Shown one piece after another: positions 1 through 6,766 of a stretch of 29,985 nt of DNA (position 1 is the first letter of the stretch; each line of letters starts with the position of its first letter). The notes beneath the pieces were generated by a model, which was given only the letters and a program-made list of their open reading frames with translations, had not been told where the DNA came from and searched no databases. The DNA lies in the NCBI GenBank assembly GCA_039588275.1, contig JBDHAC010000034.1, forward strand, positions 1 through 29,985, given 5' to 3'. This stretch comes from Gemmatimonadota bacterium. GTDB taxonomy: Bacteria; Gemmatimonadota; Gemmatimonadetes; Palauibacterales; Palauibacteraceae. Both the position numbers and the translations under genes were made by a program.

Positions 1-2
1 GG

Positions 3-392
3 GATTCCGGCGATCTGGGTCTGTGTTACTTCCTGCCGCTCGAGGACGGGGCCCCCGCCGCCGCCGATCGGAACGACCGGCGAGCCACCCTCGAGCCGGG
101 ACAAACGCTGGACTCGCTGGACGGTGCGGCCCTGGAGAGCCTGTGGAGCACGGGGGCCCGTCTGACCGACACGGAACGTCGGTTCGTGGGACCAGATGAT
201 GCCGTGTGGTTGGCCCAGAACACGGGTCCGGTGTGGGCGGAGGCGAGCGCGGCGCCCGACTCGACCGGGGTGCTTCTTCGGTGCATCAGTGCCGAGCGTC
301 CGGACGTCGAGGTGACCCACGCAGGACCCGTTCGCGACGAACCGTCGAGCCGTCTCCGCGAGATGCTCGCGAGGACCGACACGAGCTCCTAG
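3..392 (+). CDS. Hypothetical protein, 5'-truncated by the window edge
   Basis: The frame is open from base 3 (DSGDLGLCYFLPLEDG...) through track ORF 186..392 to TAG at 390-392. Codon usage looks gene-like. No recognisable family motif. Confidence 0.65.
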   Translation, partial: DSGDLGLCYFLPLEDGAPAAADRNDRRATLEPGQTLDSLDGAALESLWSTGARLTDTERRFVGPDDAVWLAQNTGPVWAEASAAPDSTGVLLRCISAERPDVEVTHAGPVRDEPSSRLREMLARTDTSS

Positions 393-435
393 CCGTCGTC
401 GCTCACGGTTTCAGCGTCGTGCTTCAGTCTCGCCC

Positions 436-1191
436 TCAGCGTTCTTGACTGCTCGGATACAGAACGGCGTTGCTGAGAAGGGAGAGCTGGCCGCGCGCTG
501 TATCGAACAGGGCCAGAAGCGTTTCGCCGTCGATGGGGTGTCCGGCGATCCCGAGACGCGCCTCCTCGCTCCATGCACCCACGCGCTCGAGACCTGAAAC
601 GAGCCGTCGCGCCACACGGCGGGTCTCGTCGAGGCTCGTCTCGGGAAGCGCGACCGCAAGCGTGCGGTCCACGTGCCGACCGGCTAGATCGGACTCGCGC
701 AGGCTTCGGCGGACGACGCCGGCAGCTCGCCGGAGCCCATCGGGGTCACGCTCCGGCAGCTGGAGAAGCAGAAGCGAGAACGTCCTCTCGTAGCGGCGAC
801 AACGCTTCAGCTCGCCGCTCGCCACGGCGTCGAATCCTTCGCGACTGTGAAGCCCGGTGTCTTGATCCCGAAACGGCGGATAGCGCGGCGCCCCGCCATC
901 CTGAATCACGCGTGATTCGGGAGTCCTGGGCGGTGTCGGAGATTCCGTTTCCATCCGCGGGTGCGGTAGCGCAACGCGGGTGGGTTCCGCGCGGGGGGGC
1001 GCGGCCGCGGCCGGAGGACCCTCCGGCGGCTCGAGCCCACCAGAGGCCTCCGCGACGAGGAGCCGCGAAGAGCGCAGGTGATCGTGCAGCGCTTCGATGC
1101 TATGGCCGAGTCGGGTGAGTGATGCGGCGTTGGGTCGCTCCCGAAAGCGATGCCAATCGCGCTCGACAAGGCGAAGAAGGCCATCGAGCAC
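436..1191 (-). CDS. Protein with a degenerate GGDEF (diguanylate cyclase-like) domain, N-terminal helical segment and Pro-rich linker
   Basis: RDQDTGLHSREGF resembles the D-x-LTGL-x-NR-x-x-F entry motif. ELKRCRRYERTFSLLLL and LRESDLAGRHVDRTLAVALPET align with the GGDEF fold, with GGDEF replaced by VDRTL. The start may lie further upstream (in-frame CTG at 1254). Confidence 0.8.
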   Translation of the reverse strand: MLDGLLRLVERDWHRFRERPNAASLTRLGHSIEALHDHLRSSRLLVAEASGGLEPPEGPPAAAAPPRAEPTRVALPHPRMETESPTPPRTPESRVIQDGGAPRYPPFRDQDTGLHSREGFDAVASGELKRCRRYERTFSLLLLQLPERDPDGLRRAAGVVRRSLRESDLAGRHVDRTLAVALPETSLDETRRVARRLVSGLERVGAWSEEARLGIAGHPIDGETLLALFDTARGQLSLLSNAVLYPSSQER

Positions 1192-1279
1192 TCCGTGTCG
1201 CTCGCCTAGGGATAGGAGAATCCGCTCGGTGTCGATCGGCTTGCCGCTTTTCAGGGCTTGAATCCGCGGGACACACTCG

Positions 1280-1309
1280 ATCGTATCTCGTGGCGGCTCG
1301 CGCTGTCAA
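1280..1309 (-). promoter_or_regulatory. Sigma70-like promoter for the GGDEF-like gene
   Basis: Minus strand reads TTGACA (1309-1304), 18 nt spacer, TACGAT (1285-1280). Confidence 0.65.
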
Positions 1310-1332
1310 CGGCGGCCGGATCGTGGGCCTGG

Positions 1333-1360
1333 TTGACGCGCGATAAGCCACGCGTACCTT
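1333..1360 (+). promoter_or_regulatory. Sigma70-like promoter for rnz-aroA-cmk
   Basis: TTGACG (1333-1338), 16 nt spacer, TACCTT (1355-1360), just upstream of the likely rnz start. Confidence 0.55.
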
Positions 1361-1380
1361 CGCCCGGACCGTTTCATCCG

Positions 1381-2358
1381 ATGCCGAACCGCAATCTCAG
1401 GGAGGGTGCTATCCTCCGCCTCACGTTTCTCGGCACGGCGTCCTCGCGTCCGACGGTGACTCGCAACGTCTCGTCCATCGCGGTTCAGCGAGAAGGGCGC
1501 CTGTTCCTCTTCGACTGCGGAGAGGGTACGCAGCGTCAGATGATGCGGTTCGGCGTCGGGTTCTCCGTCACCGACATCTTCGTCACGCATCTGCACGCCG
1601 ACCACTACCTGGGGCTGACCGGCTTGCTGCGCACCATGAGCCTCCAGAGCCGAGTCGACGAACTTGCGGTGTGGGGCCCGCCAGGCAGCTACGACGTGCT
1701 TCACACGCTGATCACCCTGGGGGGGGAGCGGCTCACCTTCCCGACCCACGTACGTGAGCTGCCGACGGGGGAGTCGCTCATGTTGGACGGGTACCGGATA
1801 CAGGCGTATGCGACGGATCATACGCGCGAGGCGATCGGATTCGCCCTAATCGAAGAGGCGAGACCGGGTCGCTTCGACGTTGGTACCGCAAGGCGCTTGG
1901 GAGTCCCGGAGGGTCCGCTGTTCGGAGTGCTCCACAACGGTGAGTCGGTGCAACTGCCGGACGGTCGGGTGATCCAGCCGGACGAGGTCGTCGGCCCGTC
2001 GCGACCCGGGCGCAAAGTCGTGTACACCGGGGACACGCGCCCCTCGCCTGCCACGATCGAGATCGCGCAGGAGGCCGATCTCCTAGTACACGAGGCGACC
2101 TTCGACGAGGAGGAACGCGAGCGCGCGAACGACACGGCACACTCGACGGCGCGTCAGGCGGCGGAGGTGGCGGCGGCTGCCGGAGTCCGCCAACTCATCC
2201 TCACCCACCTCAGCGCCCGGTACTCCGATCAACCCCGGCGCCTGTTGGCGGAAGCGCGGCAGGTGTTTCCAGCGTGTATCGTGGCCAAGGACGGTTTGAG
2301 CGTGGAGGTCGGGTTCCGCGACGGGTCGAGCGACGACGTGGTCGAAGGCGATCCATGA
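1381..2358 (+). CDS. rnz: Ribonuclease Z (metallo-beta-lactamase fold)
   Basis: LTFLGT, LFDCGEGTQRQ, THLHADH, GP-rich exosite (GVPEGPLFG), YTGDT, LVHEATF, HST and LTHLSARY motifs. Start is ATG 1381 or ATC 1411; TTG 1258 lies upstream of the predicted promoter. Confidence 0.95.
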   Translation: MPNRNLREGAILRLTFLGTASSRPTVTRNVSSIAVQREGRLFLFDCGEGTQRQMMRFGVGFSVTDIFVTHLHADHYLGLTGLLRTMSLQSRVDELAVWGPPGSYDVLHTLITLGGERLTFPTHVRELPTGESLMLDGYRIQAYATDHTREAIGFALIEEARPGRFDVGTARRLGVPEGPLFGVLHNGESVQLPDGRVIQPDEVVGPSRPGRKVVYTGDTRPSPATIEIAQEADLLVHEATFDEEERERANDTAHSTARQAAEVAAAAGVRQLILTHLSARYSDQPRRLLAEARQVFPACIVAKDGLSVEVGFRDGSSDDVVEGDP

Positions 2359-3629
2359 TCACCTTCCGCCCCCCGGGCGACAAATCGATCGGGCACCGCG
2401 CGCTGTTGCTGGCCACTCTGGCGGACGGTCACTCCTGGATACGAGGCCTGTCACATGCCGCGGACGTGGCTTCGACCGCCGGCGCGCTTCGCTCGCTGGC
2501 CGCCGGTATCGCGGATTCTCCGGAAGGGGTCAGGGTACATGGACCCACGGCTTTCGAGTCGGCGGCCGAAACGATCGACTGCGGGAACAGCGGGACCGCC
2601 GCTCGTCTACTGACCGGACTGGTGGCAGGACTGGGCCTGTCTGCGATCCTCGATGGGGATGCCTCGCTCAGGGGCCGCCCCATGCGCCGCGTCGTCTATC
2701 CACTCCAGGCGATGGGAGCCCGCATCGAATACCTGGATCGGCCCGAGCGCCTCCCGCTGCGTATACATCCACGCGCCAGTGGGGCGCTTCGGTCGCTTCG
2801 CCACCGGCCACGGGTCGCGAGCGCGCAAGTGAAGTCGGCCCTGCTGCTGGCGGGAGTGACGGCGCGCGCAAACGTCGAGATCCATGAGCCGGGCGTGTCG
2901 CGCGACCACACCGAACGCATGCTCGCTGCGCTCGGCGCGCCCGTTGCCGCCTCCGTGGGGGACGGCGAGGCGACCGTTCGCCTTGAAGCGAAAGGGTGGG
3001 CCGGCACGCTGTCGCCGCTTGATCTCGAAGTGCCTGGTGATCCCTCGTCGGCCGCATTCATGATCGCCGCCGCATTGCTCCGCCGTGAGTCGATCACGGT
3101 ACGGCGAGTCGGTCTCAACCCTACGCGAACGGGATTCTTCGAAGTGCTGCGGGACATGGGCGCGGACGTGCGAGAACACGCGGAACACACGGTCATTGGC
3201 GAGCCGGTGGGCGAGATCCTAGTCCAGCCGCCTGCCCGGCTACGGCCGTTTCGAATCAGCGGCGAGCTCGTGCCCCGGGTCATCGATGAGATCCCGGTGC
3301 TGGCCGTGCTCGCGTCGCGCGCAGTCGGGCGATCACGGATCGAGGACGCCGGCGAGCTGCGAGTCAAGGAGAGCGACAGGATCGGTCGCATGGTCGCCAA
3401 CCTGCATCTTCTCGGTGTCCGCTGCCACGAACAGCCCGACGGTCTCGAAATCGACGGGTGCGACTCCCCTCTCGAGGGACGCATCGAGACGGGGGGTGAT
3501 CATCGGATCGCCATGGCGTTCGCGGCACTTGAGGCGGAGCCCGGCAATCGCGTACACGTGGACGACCCGGGATGCGTCGAAGTCTCGTTTCCGGAGTTCT
3601 GGGAGGAGTTGGGCAGGATCACCTCATGA
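2355..3629 (+). CDS. aroA: 3-phosphoshikimate 1-carboxyvinyltransferase (EPSP synthase)
   Basis: PGDKSIGHR, DCGNSGT, RPM, SAQVKSA, RDHTERM, PGDPSSA, IDEIP, ELRVKESDR and DHRIAM motifs. ATGA overlap with the rnz stop sets the start at 2355. Confidence 0.97.
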   Translation: MITFRPPGDKSIGHRALLLATLADGHSWIRGLSHAADVASTAGALRSLAAGIADSPEGVRVHGPTAFESAAETIDCGNSGTAARLLTGLVAGLGLSAILDGDASLRGRPMRRVVYPLQAMGARIEYLDRPERLPLRIHPRASGALRSLRHRPRVASAQVKSALLLAGVTARANVEIHEPGVSRDHTERMLAALGAPVAASVGDGEATVRLEAKGWAGTLSPLDLEVPGDPSSAAFMIAAALLRRESITVRRVGLNPTRTGFFEVLRDMGADVREHAEHTVIGEPVGEILVQPPARLRPFRISGELVPRVIDEIPVLAVLASRAVGRSRIEDAGELRVKESDRIGRMVANLHLLGVRCHEQPDGLEIDGCDSPLEGRIETGGDHRIAMAFAALEAEPGNRVHVDDPGCVEVSFPEFWEELGRITS

Positions 3630-4330
3630 GACACCCCGTAGTGGCCATCGATGGCCCGGCCGCATCCGGGAAGAGCACCACGGCCCGCCGGGCCGCGAAT
3701 GGCCTGGGGTTCGCACACCTGAACTCCGGGCTCTTGTACCGTGCGATTACGTGGATGGCCCTCGAACGGGGATGGGGTGACTCGGCGCCAGATTTCGAGA
3801 CGAACGTGCGCGGCCTGGACATCCAGCTGGTGAGGACACCCGGGAGCCTTCGCGTGACGGTCGATGGAGAGGACCCGGGCGCCGCGCTCCACGCGCCGCG
3901 CGTGACCGAGAGAGTGTCGGCCGTGTCGAGCGTGCGAGCCGTCCGCGAAGTGGCGTTGACGCACGTGCGCGCGGCGGCGCAGATGCGCGGTCTCGTGTGC
4001 GACGGCCGTGATATCGGAACCAAGGTTTTTCCCGACGCGGAGGTCAAGGTATTCCTGGTGGCAAGCGCAAGGGAACGCGCGAGACGTCGGTTACTGGATC
4101 TAGGGGAGCCACCGACCGAGGCTCGGGTGGACGAGGAAGCGGTTCGGCTTCGTGCCCGGGACCGTGCTGATTCGACGCGAGAGCTCTCCCCTCTGCGACG
4201 CGCGCCGGACGCCGTCGAAATCGATACGACGAGCCTCACCGTGGAGGAGGTCGTGGGGCAGATTCTGGTCCTCTGCCGAGACCGCGGAATCCGCCCCGAA
4301 GACGCCCCGGAGGCGCCCGCGCTTGGTTGA
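3626..4330 (+). CDS. cmk: Cytidylate kinase
   Basis: AIDGPAASGKST P-loop, SGLLYRA, DGRDIGT, RDRADSTR and IDTT motifs. ATGA overlap with aroA; canonical aroA-cmk-rpsA order. Confidence 0.96.
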   Translation: MRHPVVAIDGPAASGKSTTARRAANGLGFAHLNSGLLYRAITWMALERGWGDSAPDFETNVRGLDIQLVRTPGSLRVTVDGEDPGAALHAPRVTERVSAVSSVRAVREVALTHVRAAAQMRGLVCDGRDIGTKVFPDAEVKVFLVASARERARRRLLDLGEPPTEARVDEEAVRLRARDRADSTRELSPLRRAPDAVEIDTTSLTVEEVVGQILVLCRDRGIRPEDAPEAPALG

Positions 4331-4355
4331 CGTAGTCGCCCATCACGTCTAGTTT
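4327..4355 (+). promoter_or_regulatory. Sigma70-like promoter upstream of rpsA
   Basis: TTGACG (4327-4332, overlapping the cmk TGA), 17 nt spacer, TAGTTT (4350-4355). Confidence 0.7.
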
Positions 4356-4360
4356 TCCGC

Positions 4361-4533
4361 GCCGTTCGTCGGATCGCGGACGGGTCACGTGGCGCCCGTT
4401 CCGCCATCCCCGTGAGACCTACGAGGGATCGGCCGACGGCTGGGCAACTGAGCGAGGGCTCGGCCCGGCCGATCTTTTTTTGCCACACGCTCGCCGTGCA
4501 CCGTCTGCGCGGCGCTAAGGATGCGACCTACCA
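4361..4533 (+). ncRNA. Candidate structured rpsA 5' leader (or ~120-nt small RNA)
   Basis: Hairpin 1 at 4371-4409 (GGAT.GCGGACGGG / CCCG.TCCGC.ATCC) and hairpin 2 at 4427-4474 followed by T7, all between the promoter and the rpsA ATG. Confidence 0.45.
4427..4481 (+). terminator. Intrinsic terminator-like hairpin inside the rpsA leader
   Basis: GATCGGCCG (4427-4435) pairs with CGGCCGATC (4466-4474). Inner stem GGCTGGGC/GCTCGGCC includes G-U pairs. Followed by TTTTTTT (4475-4481). Confidence 0.55.
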
Positions 4534-6657
4534 ATGGTTGAAGACACCCAGGAACCCCGTACCGGCACGGCGGTCGACGCCTCCGAGGTCCAGGCCCCCG
4601 AAGACGACGCCGAGCTCGACGCTCCCCAGACTCAAGCTACTGAAGGCGACGCGCTGGAAGCCGAATCCGTGGAAGTCGGGGTGCCGGAGGCGGACGGCCC
4701 CGAGACAGCTAGCGATCCCGCAGACACGTCGACGGCCGACGCCGCAGAGTCAGGAGACTTCAGGGACTTCGACCTGACCCTGGATGCAGATCCTCGACAC
4801 GAGTCGGAGTACGACGCCGAGGAGTACGAGGAGCTCCTATCGCTGTACGAGGAGACGCTGAGCGAGATCGCGGAGGGCGAGATCGTGACCGCGCAGGTGC
4901 TCTCCAAGAACGAGACCGAGGTCATTCTGGATGTCGGCTTCAAGTCGGAGGGAGCGGTTCCGCTCGACGAGTTCCGGGATCCGGAGAGCGTTCAGCCGGG
5001 CGACTCCGTGGATGTGTTCCTTGAGAGCCTCGAGGACGACCAGGGCGTGGTCGTCCTCTCGAAGAAGAAGGCCGACTTCCTCCGCGTATGGGAGAAGATC
5101 AAGGAAGCCTACGACGAAGACCGGCCGGTCCAGGGGATGATCAAGCGGAAGATCAAGGGTGGCGTGACGGTCGATTTGATGGGGGTCGACGCGTTCCTCC
5201 CCGGTTCACAGATCGCCTTGCGACGTGTGCCCAATGTCGATGACCTGATCGGCGCGGAATACGAGTTCAAGATCCTGAAGCTCAACAAGCGCCGGCGCAA
5301 CATCGTCGTGAGCCGCCGCGTCCTCCTCGAGGAGGACCGTGCCGAGAAGCGCGAAGTGCTCAAGACCGCGCTTGAAGTGGGGCACGTGAAGAAGGGCGTG
5401 GTGAAGAACATCACCGACTTCGGGGCGTTTATCGATCTCGGCGGGATGGATGGATTGCTCCACATCACCGACATGTCATGGGGGCGCATCGGCCACCCCT
5501 CGGAGGTATGCGAGATCGGCGAGGAGATCGAGGTCAAGATCCTCGACATCGATTGGGACCGCGAGCGCATCTCTCTGGGTCTCAAACAGCTCCAGGAGTA
5601 CCCGTGGAAGAACGTGGCCGAGAAGTATCCCGTCGGCAGCCGGGTGCACGGCCGCGTCGTGTCGATCACCAACTACGGGGCCTTCATCGAGCTGGAGAAG
5701 GGCATCGAGGGCCTGGTGCACATCTCCGAGATGAGCTGGACGCGCAACGTGCGGCACCCCTCCCAGCTCGTCACGATCAACGAAGAGATCGAGTGCGTCG
5801 TGCTGCGGGTTGACGAGGAGGCGCAGAAGATCTCGCTGGGCATGAAGCAGATCGAGGAGGATCCGTGGTTGGCCCTGCCGGCGAAGTATCCTCCCGGAAC
5901 GAAGATCTCGGGCGTGGTCCGTAATCTGACTTCCTTCGGGGCGTTCGTGGAAGTGGAACCGGGGATCGACGGCCTCGTGCATATCTCCGATATGAGCTGG
6001 ACCCGCCGCGTACAGCACCCCTCGGAGGTGATGCACAAAGGCGACGAGGTCGAAGTCGTCGTGCTGTCGATCGACCCCGAGCAGAAACGTATCTCCCTGG
6101 GTCTCAAGCAAGTCGACGAAGATCCCTGGTATGAGCTCGCTCAGACCTACCAGCCTGGCCACGAGGTGACCGGGAAGGTAATCCGCCTCCTCGAGAAGGG
6201 CGTGGTCGTCGACCTCGGGAACGACCTGGAGGGCTTCGTGCCGATCTCCCAACTCGGTGTCGAGGAGCACATCGATCAACCGTCGGACCGGTTCGGGGAG
6301 GGAGACAGTCTGGAGCTCCGAGTGTTGGAGACCGATCCCATCAACCGGCGAATCGTCCTCGCAGCCGCCGGAGCCCCCGAGACCGACATCGATCCCTCGG
6401 AGCTCGTAGGTGCGGATGAGAGTGGCAGCTCCGACGAGCCGGCCGCCGAAGCCAAGGAAGCGGAGGAGCCTGCCGCTGAGGCCGAAGCCGAGGAGCCGGT
6501 CGCTGAAACCGAGGAAGCTACGGAGGAGCCTGCCGCTGAGGCCGAAGCCGAGGAGCCGGTCGCTGAAACCGAGGAAGCTACGGAGAAGCCTGTGGCTGAG
6601 GCCGAAGCCGAGGAGCCGGTCGCTGAAGCCGAGGAAGCTACGGAGGAGAAGGACTAG
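4534..6657 (+). CDS. rpsA: 30S ribosomal protein S1 with acidic N- and C-terminal extensions
   Basis: Six S1 domains: DVGFKSEG, AFLPGSQI, NITDFGAFIDLGGMDGLLHITDMSW, YGAFIELEKGIEGLVHISEMSW, FGAFVEVEPGIDGLVHISDMSW, EGFVPISQL. Confidence 0.98.
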   Translation: MVEDTQEPRTGTAVDASEVQAPEDDAELDAPQTQATEGDALEAESVEVGVPEADGPETASDPADTSTADAAESGDFRDFDLTLDADPRHESEYDAEEYEELLSLYEETLSEIAEGEIVTAQVLSKNETEVILDVGFKSEGAVPLDEFRDPESVQPGDSVDVFLESLEDDQGVVVLSKKKADFLRVWEKIKEAYDEDRPVQGMIKRKIKGGVTVDLMGVDAFLPGSQIALRRVPNVDDLIGAEYEFKILKLNKRRRNIVVSRRVLLEEDRAEKREVLKTALEVGHVKKGVVKNITDFGAFIDLGGMDGLLHITDMSWGRIGHPSEVCEIGEEIEVKILDIDWDRERISLGLKQLQEYPWKNVAEKYPVGSRVHGRVVSITNYGAFIELEKGIEGLVHISEMSWTRNVRHPSQLVTINEEIECVVLRVDEEAQKISLGMKQIEEDPWLALPAKYPPGTKISGVVRNLTSFGAFVEVEPGIDGLVHISDMSWTRRVQHPSEVMHKGDEVEVVVLSIDPEQKRISLGLKQVDEDPWYELAQTYQPGHEVTGKVIRLLEKGVVVDLGNDLEGFVPISQLGVEEHIDQPSDRFGEGDSLELRVLETDPINRRIVLAAAGAPETDIDPSELVGADESGSSDEPAAEAKEAEEPAAEAEAEEPVAETEEATEEPAAEAEAEEPVAETEEATEKPVAEAEAEEPVAEAEEATEEKD
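6461..6648 (+). repeat. Tandem 60-bp repeat (about 3.1 copies) within rpsA, encoding EEPAAEAEAEEPVAETEEAT-like units
   Basis: Units 6461-6520, 6521-6580 and 6581-6640 plus a partial 6641-6648. The first two are identical; the third has only a few substitutions. Confidence 0.95.
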
Positions 6658-6700
6658 GCTCGAGGCGCTCGTGTTCACGCGGAAGGCCCTTCTCGCGCCC

Positions 6701-6734
6701 GGGCCCGGCACTCGCCGCCGGGCCCTTTGTATGT
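6701..6734 (+). terminator. Probable intrinsic terminator after rpsA
   Basis: GGGCCCGGC (6701-6709), 7 nt loop, GCCGGGCCC (6717-6725), followed by TTTGTATGT. Confidence 0.65.
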
Positions 6735-6766
6735 GAACCCATGGTTAGGACTGCTGGAACGCTCCC

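Noticed and set aside
903..918. Perfect 16-bp palindrome GAATCACGCGTGATTC
   Set aside because: Lies inside a CDS and occurs once; a palindrome of this length is plausible by chance in 30 kb.
1258..1380. Extended N-termini in the ORF track (rnz 1258, aroA 2274, cmk 3572, pccB 8626, ribD 17825, ribE 19017, nusB 21246, EIIA 24381, ptsI 27071)
   Set aside because: They overlap promoters or upstream genes; SD positions, stop/start overlaps and family N-termini indicate downstream starts.
6461..6648. Repeat array considered as a CRISPR
   Set aside because: No unique spacers, in frame within rpsA, and no cas genes.
5476..6711. Minus-strand ORF with LLRSFLGFSDRLLGFGLS repeats
   Set aside because: It is the reverse reading of the rpsA 60-bp repeat.
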